The notes: generated from the letters alone by a model not told the origin. A stretch of 64,000 nt of DNA from an uncultured Methylomirabilota bacterium (GCA_963705305.1 OY970067.1:4928001-4992000), one strand, 5' to 3'. Counted from the first letter of the stretch, positions 20,045 through 29,703 are shown. A program made the numbers and translations.

Positions 20045-20971
20045 GTGGCAGAATCCACCGTAGCGGCAGCCAATCGAACGCACCCGCACCGGCCGCTCGC
20101 GAATATCCTTGAGAACCGACAGTTTCTGGGGATCGCGCTCGTCATCCCGGCGGTCCTGATCCTGGGGATATTCCTGGCGTACCCGTTCATCCTGGGCCTG
20201 TGGCTGAGCGTGACGGATACGATCCTGGGAAGCACGGCCGGCCATTTTGTCGGGTTCACGAACTACCTCCAGCTATTCGAGGACTCCGTTTTCCGGTTAG
20301 CCACCTTCAATACCATCCTTTATACGGTGGTGGCCGTCTGGTTCAAGCTTGTGTTCGGCCTGATTCTCGCGCTGGTCCTCAACTGGGAGTTCCGCTTCAA
20401 GGGCCTCGTTCGCGCCACCATCCTCCTGCCCTGGATCGTTCCCACAGCCTTCAGCGCCTTGGTCTTCTGGTGGATGTTCGATCCCACCTTCAGCCCCTTC
20501 AATTGGCTGCTCGTCAACGCGGGTCTGATCCATATTCGGATCGACTACCTGGGAGACCCGAACCTGGCGCGGGCATGCGTCATTGCCGCGAACGTCTGGC
20601 GCGGCACCCCCTTCTTTGCCATCGGCTTCCTGGCGGGCCTGCAGACCATCAACCCCAGCCTGTACGAGGCGGCCGCCGTGGATGGCGCCACCGAATGGCG
20701 CCAGTTCTGGCACCTCACGCTCCCGCTCCTGGGGCCTCTGCTGGCCATCATCACCACGTTCTCCACTATCTGGACCTTCGGCGACTTCCAGCTGGTGTGG
20801 ATCATGACCCGCGGCGGCCCAGCCAATGCCACCCAGATCTACGGGACCATGGCGTACCAGCGGGCCATCCTGGGTGGGGCCTTCGGTCAGGGGGCAGCCA
20901 TCTCCATGTGCATTCTTCCCGTGCTCGTCATCAGCGTCACGATCTGCGTCCTCTACCTCCGGCGGGAGTAG
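20045..20971 (+). CDS. Carbohydrate ABC transporter permease
   Basis: LYEAAAVDGA EAA motif; TM helices; GTG start with GAGAGGG RBS. Confidence 0.9.
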   Translation: MAESTVAAANRTHPHRPLANILENRQFLGIALVIPAVLILGIFLAYPFILGLWLSVTDTILGSTAGHFVGFTNYLQLFEDSVFRLATFNTILYTVVAVWFKLVFGLILALVLNWEFRFKGLVRATILLPWIVPTAFSALVFWWMFDPTFSPFNWLLVNAGLIHIRIDYLGDPNLARACVIAANVWRGTPFFAIGFLAGLQTINPSLYEAAAVDGATEWRQFWHLTLPLLGPLLAIITTFSTIWTFGDFQLVWIMTRGGPANATQIYGTMAYQRAILGGAFGQGAAISMCILPVLVISVTICVLYLRRE

Positions 20972-20974
20972 CCC

Positions 20975-21817
20975 ATGCTGTCGGGATCCAGGCTGCTGAA
21001 GCGAATCGCCCTCTTCAACATCCCGCTCGGGGTGGCGATGATCCTTCTGTTGTTCCCCTTCTACTGGATGCTCATCACCTCCTTCAAGCCCAATCCCGAG
21101 CTGTACAACGTGAGGCTGGATCCCCTCCTCATCCAGCATCCCACCCTGGCCCACCTCCGGCAACTGCTCTGGGCCACGCCCTATTTGCGCTGGCTGTACA
21201 ACACCATGTTTATCGCCGTGGCCGCCACCACCATCTCCCTCGCGGCCAGTCTGCTGGCCGCGTACGGCATCCAGCGGCTCCAGTTCCGCGGGTCGGGCGC
21301 CCTGGGGGTGGCCATCTTCCTGAGCTACCTCGTGCCCCCGACGATCCTCTTCATCCCCCTGGCCCATGTCGTCTTCCGGCTGCACATCTACGACTCGCCC
21401 TGGTCGCTCATCCTGGTGTACCCGACGTTTCTCATCCCCTTCTGCACCTGGCTCCTCATGGGATACTTCAAGACCCTCCCCAAAGAGCTGGAGGAGTGCG
21501 CCATGATTGACGGCGCCACCCGGCTCGGCGTCTTGATCCGCATCGTGATCCCGATCTCTGTGCCTGGGATTCTCTCCTGTGGGATCTTCTGCTTTACCCT
21601 GTCCTGGAACGAGTACCTGTACGCCCTGGTCTTCCTATCCTCGACCCTGCAGAAGACCGTTCCCATTGGAGTGGTCACAGAGCTGATCCGCGGGGACGTG
21701 TATTCCTGGGGGCCCCTCATGGCCGGGGCCCTGCTGGGCTCGGTGCCTGTGGCGCTGGTGTACTCGTTCTTCGTCGAGTATTATGTGGCCGGCATGACCG
21801 GCGCCCTGAAGGAGTAG
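20975..21817 (+). CDS. Carbohydrate ABC transporter permease
   Basis: PKELEECAMIDGA, SWNEYLYA. Confidence 0.9.
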   Translation: MLSGSRLLKRIALFNIPLGVAMILLLFPFYWMLITSFKPNPELYNVRLDPLLIQHPTLAHLRQLLWATPYLRWLYNTMFIAVAATTISLAASLLAAYGIQRLQFRGSGALGVAIFLSYLVPPTILFIPLAHVVFRLHIYDSPWSLILVYPTFLIPFCTWLLMGYFKTLPKELEECAMIDGATRLGVLIRIVIPISVPGILSCGIFCFTLSWNEYLYALVFLSSTLQKTVPIGVVTELIRGDVYSWGPLMAGALLGSVPVALVYSFFVEYYVAGMTGALKE

Positions 21818-21846
21818 CCAACCCGCACACGCCTCCAAGACCGCAG

Positions 21847-22680
21847 ATGCCTATACACATCACGATTGCCCACAGTCCCGACGCCGACGACGCCTTCATG
21901 TTCTACGCCCTGGCGCGAGGAAAGGTGTTGGACCCGGCGTTCGAGTTCGAGCACGTCCTGGAGGATATCCAGTCGCTCAACGAGCGTGCGTCCCGCGGCG
22001 AGTACGAGGTCACCGCCGTCTCCTTCCACGCCTATGCCTACCTCACCGACCGCTATGCCCTGCTTCCGCACGGGGCCAGCATGGGGGACGGCTACGGACC
22101 CATGGTAGTGGCCCGCCGGCCGTACCGGGCGGACGACCTGGGGGGCAAACGGATCGCCGTTCCCGGGACCCTGACGACCGCGGTCCTGGCCCTGCGCCTC
22201 TGGAAGACCGGCCTGGACCAGGTGGTCATCCCGTTCGACCGGATCCTGGAAGCGGTGCGCACGGGCGAGGTGGACGCCGGTCTGATCATCCACGAGGGCC
22301 AGGTGACTTACGCCGACCACGGATTTCACAAAGTGGTGGATCTGGGTGAGTGGTGGGGCCGGCAAACGGGGCTCCCGCTTCCCCTGGGCGGAAACGTCAT
22401 CCGGAAGGACCTGGGTCCCGCCGTGATGCGGCGGGTCTCGAATCTGCTCTACCAGAGCATCCAGTATGCCCTCACACATCGCGAAGAGGCTCTGGCCTAT
22501 GCGATGCAGTACGGCCGCGACCTGGACCGGCCGCTGGCCGACCGGTTCGTCGGGATGTACGTCAACGACCTTACGCTGGATTACGGCGCGCGGGGACGCG
22601 CCGCGGTGGAGCGGCTGCTGGCCGCGGCCTACGAGCAGGGTCTGCTTCCCCGTCGCGTGACGCCCGAGTTCGTCGAATAG
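21847..22680 (+). CDS. mqnD: 1,4-dihydroxy-6-naphthoate synthase (MqnD family)
   Basis: HSPDADDAFMFYA, GYGP, IIHEG, LPLPLGG, MYVN. Confidence 0.8.
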   Translation: MPIHITIAHSPDADDAFMFYALARGKVLDPAFEFEHVLEDIQSLNERASRGEYEVTAVSFHAYAYLTDRYALLPHGASMGDGYGPMVVARRPYRADDLGGKRIAVPGTLTTAVLALRLWKTGLDQVVIPFDRILEAVRTGEVDAGLIIHEGQVTYADHGFHKVVDLGEWWGRQTGLPLPLGGNVIRKDLGPAVMRRVSNLLYQSIQYALTHREEALAYAMQYGRDLDRPLADRFVGMYVNDLTLDYGARGRAAVERLLAAAYEQGLLPRRVTPEFVE

Positions 22681-22800
22681 GCGAGCGGCGCGGCGGACGG
22701 CCGCCGCCCTCGACGCGACCGCGGATGGCCTTGCCGGGGCGTCGGCCCCACATTCGGCCGCCCGGGTTGCGCGGGCGAGCGGGGAGGGAGGCATTCCGCG

Positions 22801-23835
22801 ATGAAGGCGATGATCTTGAGCCGACTCTCCCGCTTGGCGGACGAGCCCGCCCCGTTGCGGCTGGTCGACGATCTGCCGGAGCCGGTCCCCGGGGCCGGCG
22901 AGCTCTTGATCGGGGTCTCCGCCTGCGGGATCTGCCATACCGACATCGACGAGATCGAAGGCCGCACACCCCCCCCGCGCCTTCCTGCGATCCTCGGGCA
23001 CCAGATCGTCGGGAGGGTGCGGCGCGCAGGGGGCGATGCCGGCCGATTCGAGGTGGGGGACCGGGTAGGAGTCGCCTGGATCCACTCCGCCTGCGGCCGG
23101 TGCGCGTTCTGCCGGGAGGGCCGGGAAAACCTCTGCCCCGAGTTCGCGGCCACCGGCCGAGACGCCCCCGGCGGCTATTGCCAGCAGACCGTCGTGGCCG
23201 AGGAGTTCGCCTACAGGATTCCCGACGTCTTCTCCGACGCCGAGGCGGCCCCGCTCCTGTGCGCCGGCGCCGTCGGGTACCGCGCCCTGCGGCTGGCCGG
23301 CATGGAAAACGGGCGCACGCTCGGCCTCGCCGGCTTCGGCGCCTCGGCCCATTTGGTGATCCAGGCCGCCCGGCACGCGTATCCCGATGCCGCGATCTTC
23401 GTGTTCAGCCGAAGCGAGGGCGAGCGGCGCTTCGCCAGAGAGCTGGGGGCCGACTGGGCCGGCGCGATCGACGAGAGGGCGCCCGCGCCCATGGATTGCG
23501 CCATCGACACGACCCCGGTCTGGCTGCCGATCGTGCATATGCTGGCCGGGCTGGCCCCCGGGGGCCGGCTGGTCGTCAACGCCATCCGGAAGGAGGACGC
23601 CGACAAGGCATCGCTCCTCCACCTCGACTATTCCCGACACCTCTGGCTAGAGAAGGAAGTGATCAGTGTGGCCAACGTGACCCGGAAGGATGTGAGCGAA
23701 TTCCTCCGGCTGGCCGCCGAGATCCCCCTGAAGCCCCGCGTGCAGGAGTACGAGCTGGAGCAGGCCAACGAGGCGCTCCAGGAGATCCGGCAGCGGAAGA
23801 TCCGGGGCGGCAAGGTGCTCCGGATCGCATCATAG
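22801..23835 (+). CDS. Zinc-dependent alcohol dehydrogenase family protein
   Basis: CGICHTD, GHQ, CGRCAFC..ENLC, PLLCAG, GFGASA. Confidence 0.92.
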   Translation: MKAMILSRLSRLADEPAPLRLVDDLPEPVPGAGELLIGVSACGICHTDIDEIEGRTPPPRLPAILGHQIVGRVRRAGGDAGRFEVGDRVGVAWIHSACGRCAFCREGRENLCPEFAATGRDAPGGYCQQTVVAEEFAYRIPDVFSDAEAAPLLCAGAVGYRALRLAGMENGRTLGLAGFGASAHLVIQAARHAYPDAAIFVFSRSEGERRFARELGADWAGAIDERAPAPMDCAIDTTPVWLPIVHMLAGLAPGGRLVVNAIRKEDADKASLLHLDYSRHLWLEKEVISVANVTRKDVSEFLRLAAEIPLKPRVQEYELEQANEALQEIRQRKIRGGKVLRIAS

Positions 23836-23840
23836 CGCCA

Positions 23841-23918
23841 GCCGGATCGCTGGCGGCGCAGATCCTGGGGGTGTACTATTCGGCCCAGATCCTGTTTCTG
23901 GGCGCCGAGGTCTCTCAG
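23841..23918 (+). pseudogene. Fragment resembling the C-terminal TM segment of YihY/BrkB-family proteins
   Basis: AGSLAAQILGVYYSAQILFLGAEVSQ resembles the family motif AGSL..LLWVYYSAQI.FLGAE. Confidence 0.6.
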
Positions 23919-24001
23919 GGATCCGGCATCCGGCCGGGCTGGCGGTGATGATGCCCCCGGCCGCGACCCGCCCGGGGTCACGTTTCGGAGGAGCCTGAAG
24001 G

Positions 24002-25129
24002 GTGTTGGCCCTCTTTTCCGATCACTATGTGATCGACCTGCCGCCCAACCACAGCTTCCCCATCCAGAAATACCGGCTACCCGCTACACAAAGGTGTTGA
24101 AGATTCGCTTGTCAATAGGCGCGATTCCTCTGTGGTTACAGCGCATTCCGTCCTTTTCGGATTGAGCTGACATCGAGGAAGATTTCTTCCCCGACAAGGC
24201 GTTCCGATTCGGTCAACCAATTCATGCCGTTACTAGCGAAACGCCGACCGTTATCAACACCTTTGTGTAACGGCTAGAAATACCGGCTGATCCGGGAGCA
24301 ACTTCTCGCCGAGGGAACCCTGGCTCCCGACGAGCTCCTCGAACCCGGCCTCATCGAGCCGCCCGACGTCCGTCTGGTCCACACCCCGGCCTACTGGGAG
24401 CAGCTCGCTACGGGGAGCCTTTCCCCCGCCGCCGCCCGCCGCATGGGGCTGCCCTGGTCGGAATCCCTGCTGCGCCGCGCCCGGGCCTCGGTGCAGGGCA
24501 CGCTCACGGCCGGGCGCATCGCCATCCGGGAGCGCGTGGCCGTCAACCTCGCCGAGGGCACACACCACGCCTTTCCCGACCGGGGCGAGGGGTATTGCGT
24601 CCTCAACGACATCGCCATTGCCATCCGCTGTCTGCAATATGACGCCTGGATGCAGCGCATGGCCGTCATCGATTGCGACGTGCACCAGGGTAACGGCACT
24701 GCCGCCGTCTTCGCCGTCGAGCCCGATGTCTTCACCTTCTCCATCCACGGCGCCAACAACTACCCGTTGGTGAAGGTGCCGGGCAGCCTGGACATCCCCC
24801 TGCCCGACGGCACGGGGGACGCGGAGTACCTGACCCGCCTGGAGTCGGCGCTGCCGGAGATCCTGGAGGGGTTCCGGCCCGGACTGGTCTTCTACCTGGC
24901 CGGGGTCGATCCCCACGAGGGCGACCGCATGGGCCGGCTCCGCCTCACCCATGCAGGTCTGCGCCGGCGCGACGAGCTGGTCCTGACCGCCTGCCGGGAT
25001 GCCGGCATCCCGGTGGCCATCGCCCTGGGCGGGGGGTATGGAAAGGAGCTGCGGGGCACCGTCGAGGCCCACTGCAACACGGTCCGCGCCGCCCGGGCGG
25101 TGTTCGACGGCACCCCGCCGGCTCCATAG
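24002..25129 (+). pseudogene. Histone-deacetylase-family amidohydrolase disrupted by a 201-bp element
   Basis: GTG 24002 gives MLALFSDHYVIDLPPNHSFPIQKYR; the same frame resumes after the insert with GTHHA, G.CVLND, DCDVHQGNGT, GGGY; in-frame TGA at 24098. Confidence 0.9.
24077..24277. mobile_element. 201-bp MITE, copy 1 (24-bp TIRs, 9-bp TSD AAATACCGG)
   Basis: TIRs 22/24 matched; TSD at 24068-24076 and 24278-24286; identical to 37578-37778. Confidence 0.95.
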
Positions 25130-25217
25130 CCTTCGGCGTGCGACGAACGTCCGTCCTCCCACACCGCCTTCCGTCCACGGTCCCGGCACCGTCGTCTATG
25201 GCGGGCCGGACCGCCGC

Positions 25218-25979
25218 TCACGACTTGCCCGGCGGGGGCGGCGCGAATTCTCCATCGTCCCACAGCCGGTTCCGCTGGGGGTCCGCCCCTCCACAGTGAA
25301 CGATCCCCTGTCGGCAGAGCGCAGAGCGCCACTCGTATTTGATGAAGATCTTCTCCGCTGCCGTGCTCTCCGGGTCGAAGGCCACCACCCGCACCGGAGC
25401 ATACTCCCGCCCGCCAAAGCCCGTGCCGGCACTTTGGCGCTCCGCCTTGGCGGACGGCGCGGTTCGCGAGGGAAAGCCCGAGGAACCCGGGGACAGGCCC
25501 GGGGGGGGCTGGGGCCGCTGCACCTCGGGATAGACGGCCACCGCAATCACCCCCATCGCCGACTCGTCGCCAAAGGCCGCCGCGTAGGAGTCAGCCGCAT
25601 GGGTGAAGTAGAAGCGGTTGATGCTATCCAGACTGGTCCGCCATCCTTTGAACTCTCCCTCCTGGTACGGTTCCAGGATGTACATCCGCTCGTCGCCGGC
25701 CAGCCAGGACTGCCGGCCGGAGATGATGTTCCGCCCGTCCACCGCCACCACCACCCCGATGCGCCGGTTCAGCACATTCCGGACGACGATGCTGTAGTGA
25801 TCCCCGTACACCGCCTCGGCGTACGCCTTGCGATTCGGGAAGCTCGCCGCCGCCGCATACAGCGGCAACATTTGCCCGCTCTCCGACCGGATCTGCACAT
25901 CGACCGCCGTCCCCCCCACTCCGGCCCACGCGCCCGTGGCGATCCCCACCAGGCACACGCACAGCGCCGCGATCTTCAT
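25218..25979 (-). CDS. Exported hypothetical protein
   Basis: AAGGAGG RBS; signal peptide; VAVDGRNIISG, GWR..RFYFT, GVIAVAVY, AGTGFG. Confidence 0.8.
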   Translation of the reverse strand: MKIAALCVCLVGIATGAWAGVGGTAVDVQIRSESGQMLPLYAAAASFPNRKAYAEAVYGDHYSIVVRNVLNRRIGVVVAVDGRNIISGRQSWLAGDERMYILEPYQEGEFKGWRTSLDSINRFYFTHAADSYAAAFGDESAMGVIAVAVYPEVQRPQPPPGLSPGSSGFPSRTAPSAKAERQSAGTGFGGREYAPVRVVAFDPESTAAEKIFIKYEWRSALCRQGIVHCGGADPQRNRLWDDGEFAPPPPGKS

Positions 25980-26290
25980 GCATCCCTCCTTGTCTCGTGG
26001 TTCCAACGGCCTCCTGCCGCCTTGCCCCATTAGACACGCCCCTCCGCCAGAAGTTCCCCGGCAAGAGGGAGCGGGCGGTCCGGGCCTCTCCTGCGCACGG
26101 ATCCCGCCACGGAATCTTCCCGCTTCAGCTGCCGTTTTCAGATGTCAGGCAGAAGCTCGATCAGGGGAAGGTCTTGCTGCGGATCTGAGACGTCACGGAA
26201 GGAAACGAGCGGAACCGATCGGCGGATCGATCGGCGCCGGCCGGTGTATCCGGCGCGACCTTGCGGCAGGCCGGGGTGCGCCCCCGCCGA

Positions 26291-27265
26291 TTACGCCGCG
26301 GCCCGGCAAAGGAAATCGTTCACCGCGGCCCGCTGCTCGGCCGCGGTCCGGAGGTGATTCGCCGCATGGCGGAAGGACGCGGAGTTCGCCAGCCCCCTCG
26401 TGTACCAGCCGATGTGCTTCCGGGCGATGCGCACGCCGGCGTACTCGCCGTAAAAGCGGTAGAGCTCCTCGAGATGGTTGAGCAGCAGGGCGCGGATCTC
26501 GTCCACCGACGGCGGCGCTATCCGCCTCCCGGTCGTCAGGAAATGACCGATCTCGCGAAAAATCCAGGGACGGCCCAGCGCTGCGCGGCCGACCATGATG
26601 CCATCCGCCCCCGTGCGATCGAGCACAGCTTTGGCCTTCTCGGGTCCGTCCACGTCCCCGTTGGCGATGACCGGGATCCCGACCGACGCCTTCACCGCGG
26701 CGATGGTGTCGTACTCGGCCTCCCCGCCGAACATGCAGGCCCGCGTCCGCCCGTGGATGGCCAGCGCCCGGATGCCCGCAGCCTCGGCGATCTGCGCCAC
26801 CCGCAGGGCGTTCTTGTGCCCCCGGTCCCAGCCCGTGCGGATCTTGAGGGTGACGGGCACGTCCACCGCCCCGACCACCGCCTCCAGGATCCGCCCCACC
26901 AGGGCCTCGTCGCGCAAGAGGGCGGAGCCCGCCATCACGCTGCAGACCTTCTTGGCAGGGCAGCCCATGTTGATGTCGATGATCTGGGCCCCCTCCGCCG
27001 CGTTGTGGCGGGCCGCCTCCGCCATGAGGCGGGGGTCCGCGCCGGCGATCTGCACCGAGACGGGCGACGGCTCTCCCTCGTGGTCGGCGCGCCGCCGCGT
27101 CTTGGCCGCCCCGGAAAGGAGGGAGTTGCTGGTCACCATCTCCGAAACCGCCAACCCGGCCCCCAGCGATCGGCAGAGCTTCCGGAACGGACGGTCCGTC
27201 ACGCCGGCCATGGGAGCCAGGATCAGATTGTTGTCGAGCTGGTAGGAACCGATGCGCACCGACAC
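26291..27265 (-). CDS. dusB: tRNA-dihydrouridine synthase B
   Basis: LAPMAGVTD, DINMGCPAKKV, HGRTR, ARKHIGWY; start may be the GTG two codons downstream. Confidence 0.93.
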   Translation of the reverse strand: MSVRIGSYQLDNNLILAPMAGVTDRPFRKLCRSLGAGLAVSEMVTSNSLLSGAAKTRRRADHEGEPSPVSVQIAGADPRLMAEAARHNAAEGAQIIDINMGCPAKKVCSVMAGSALLRDEALVGRILEAVVGAVDVPVTLKIRTGWDRGHKNALRVAQIAEAAGIRALAIHGRTRACMFGGEAEYDTIAAVKASVGIPVIANGDVDGPEKAKAVLDRTGADGIMVGRAALGRPWIFREIGHFLTTGRRIAPPSVDEIRALLLNHLEELYRFYGEYAGVRIARKHIGWYTRGLANSASFRHAANHLRTAAEQRAAVNDFLCRAAA

Positions 27266-27292
27266 ACTCCGCCGGCCAGCCAGCGCCGGCCG

Positions 27293-27826
27293 TCACTCCG
27301 CCAGATACTTGCGGTCGGCGGGGGACCAGGCGCGCTGGTTGAGCAGCTTCGCGCCGCGGCCCATGAACACCGCCCCGGTGCGCGCCTGCTCTTTGATCCC
27401 GAACGGACGCAGCACCTCCAGCAGCTTGTCCAGCTTGTCCGGCTCCCCCGTCGCCTCCAGGATCAGCGTGGTCGTGGAGACATCCACGATGCGGGCCTTG
27501 AACAGGTCGGCGAGGCTGACCACCTCCGGCCGGGTCTTGGCGGTCACCCCCACCTTGACCAGCAGCATCTCGTAGGCCAGCTGGTCGCGGTCGGCCGTCA
27601 CGTCCGCCACCTTGACCGCGCCGATGAGCTTGCGGAACTGCTTGGCCACCTGATCCAGGGCCGTGCTGGGCCCGTCCACCACGATGGTGATCCGGGTCAG
27701 CCCCGGCAGCTCGGACGCCCCGGCAGTGAAGCTCTCCACGTTATACCCGCGCCGGGCGAACAGGTTGCCCATGCGGGCCAGCATGCCCGGCTCGTCCTGC
27801 ACCAATGCCACCAAAACGTGCCTCAT
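27293..27826 (-). CDS. ilvN: Acetolactate synthase regulatory (small) subunit
   Basis: ACT domain DEPGMLAR..LFARRGYNVES; ARTG; ATG overlaps the ilvB stop. Confidence 0.92.
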   Translation of the reverse strand: MRHVLVALVQDEPGMLARMGNLFARRGYNVESFTAGASELPGLTRITIVVDGPSTALDQVAKQFRKLIGAVKVADVTADRDQLAYEMLLVKVGVTAKTRPEVVSLADLFKARIVDVSTTTLILEATGEPDKLDKLLEVLRPFGIKEQARTGAVFMGRGAKLLNQRAWSPADRKYLAE

Positions 27827-29511
27827 CGCTTCGGCGCCCTCCCCCTCGGATCCTCCATGAAATCGGCGTTGCTGGTCCCCGGCTGGACCATGGGGTAGAC
27901 GTTCTCGGCCCCCTCCACCAGGCAGTCCAGGAGGAAGGGGCCGCTGTGCTCCGCTGCGGCGGCGAACGCGGCCGGCAGCTCGCTCGTGGCGGTGACGCGC
28001 CGCGCCGGGATGCCGTAGCTGGCGGCCAACTGGACGTAGTCGGGGCTGCTGATGGGGGTGCCGATGTACCGGGCCCCGTGGAACAGCTCCTGCCACTGCC
28101 GAACCATGCCCAGGTACCCGTTGTTCATGATGACGATCTTGAGCGGCAGCCGCTCCTGGGTCACCGTGGCCAACTCCTGGAGGTTCATCTGGAAGCTTCC
28201 GTCCCCGACGACGACCCAGACCGGCTCGCCGATGCGGGCGGCCTGCACCCCCAGCGCGGCGGGCAGCGAGTACCCCATGGTGCCCAGGCCGCCGGAGGTG
28301 AAGAAGCTGTTGAGGCGCCGGAACTGGTAGAACTGGGCCACCCACATCTGGTGCTGGCCGACATCGCTCACCACGGCGGCCTCCCCCCCCGTGGCCCGGT
28401 GCAGCGCGCGGATAACCTCCTGCGGGGGCAGGGCGCCCTGGCTGTGGACCTCCAACGGGTGGCCCTGCCGGAAGGTCTCGATGTGCGCCAGCCAGTCGCG
28501 GTGGTCCAGCTCGGGTAGCTCCGCCGTCAGCGCCTCCAGCACCAGCTTGACGTCGCCCACCATGGGCAGGGTGGCGGGCACCCGCTTGCCGATCTCGGCG
28601 GGATCGATGTCCACGTGCAGCAGCTTGGCCTTGGGGGCAAAGTGCGGGAGGCTGCCGGTGAACCGGTCGTCCATCCGCATTCCCAGAGCGATGAGCAGGT
28701 CGGCGTCCTGCACGGCCAGGTTGGCCCAGGCCACCCCGTGCATGCCCGCCATCCCGAGGTGGAGCGGGTGGTCCGCCGAGAGGGCGCTCAGCCCCAGCAG
28801 GGTGCTCACCACGGGGGTGGTGGTCCGCTCGGCAAACCGGCGCAGCTCTTCCCAGGCCTTGCCCACGTGGACGCCGTGCCCGGCGATCACGACGGGGCGC
28901 TGAGCATCCGCGATCAGCTCCGCCGCGCGCTTGATCTGGTAGGGGGCGGAGCGCACCACCGGGCGATACCCCGGACGCGCGATCCGCTCCGGCTCTTTGA
29001 GGGCGCAGGGGGCCGTGAGGACGTCCTTGGGGATATCCACCAGCACCGGGCCGGGCCGGCCGGTCCGCGCCAGGAAGAAGGCCTCCCGGAGGACGCGCGC
29101 CAGGTCTTGACCCTGCCGCACCAGGTAGTTGTGCTTGGTGATGGGCAAGGTGATGCCCGTGATGTTGATCTCTTGGAAGGCGTCTGTCCCGATCACCGGA
29201 TCGGCAACCTGCGCCGTGACGGCCAGCATCGGCACGGAGTCCAGCATGGCCGTGGCAATGCCGGTGACCAGATTGGTGGCCCCCGGTCCCGAGGTCGCCA
29301 CGCAGACCCCCACCCGGCCGGTGGCCCGTGCATAGCCGTCGGCCGCGTGGGCGGCGGCCTGCTCGTGCCGCACCAGGACGTGATGGATCTGCGGGTACTT
29401 GCCGAGCGCGTCGAACATGGGGAGGGCGGCCCCGCCAGGATACGCCCAGATGACATCCACCCCCTCACGGACGAGGCATTCCCAGAGCACTTCCCCACCG
29501 GTGTAGCGCAT
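27823..29511 (-). CDS. ilvB: Acetolactate synthase large subunit
   Basis: RHEQ, TSGPGATN, DAFQE, GMHG, DVGQHQMW, GDGSFQMN; AGGAGG RBS. Confidence 0.95.
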   Translation of the reverse strand: MRYTGGEVLWECLVREGVDVIWAYPGGAALPMFDALGKYPQIHHVLVRHEQAAAHAADGYARATGRVGVCVATSGPGATNLVTGIATAMLDSVPMLAVTAQVADPVIGTDAFQEINITGITLPITKHNYLVRQGQDLARVLREAFFLARTGRPGPVLVDIPKDVLTAPCALKEPERIARPGYRPVVRSAPYQIKRAAELIADAQRPVVIAGHGVHVGKAWEELRRFAERTTTPVVSTLLGLSALSADHPLHLGMAGMHGVAWANLAVQDADLLIALGMRMDDRFTGSLPHFAPKAKLLHVDIDPAEIGKRVPATLPMVGDVKLVLEALTAELPELDHRDWLAHIETFRQGHPLEVHSQGALPPQEVIRALHRATGGEAAVVSDVGQHQMWVAQFYQFRRLNSFFTSGGLGTMGYSLPAALGVQAARIGEPVWVVVGDGSFQMNLQELATVTQERLPLKIVIMNNGYLGMVRQWQELFHGARYIGTPISSPDYVQLAASYGIPARRVTATSELPAAFAAAAEHSGPFLLDCLVEGAENVYPMVQPGTSNADFMEDPRGRAPKR

Positions 29512-29674
29512 GGTCGGCTGCCGCCCTCCTCCTGGATTGCCCCCGGCCGGCGCGCGGGCGGGCCGGACAGACGGCAGTTCACATTGATGGGCCGAATCGG
29601 ATCTGCGGACCACCCGAAAGGCGTCCGGGCCAGGACAAGAATCGCAGCCCCCCCTCGCCTCCGGCGTGAGGGGG

Positions 29675-29703
29675 ACCATACCAGCGGCCGCCGCTCCGGT
29701 CAA
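29675..29703 (-). promoter_or_regulatory. sigma70-type promoter candidate for ilvBN-dusB
   Basis: TTGACC-17 bp-TATGGT with extended -10 TG. Confidence 0.55.

Noticed and set aside
24110..24115. Outward-facing TTGACA inside the MITE as a portable promoter
   Set aside because: The hexamer at 17-bp spacing is TTTGTG, which is not a credible -10.
24077..24277. 201-bp element as a CRISPR unit, group I/II intron or tRNA
   Set aside because: No repeat-spacer periodicity, intron consensus or cloverleaf; TIRs plus TSD fit a MITE.
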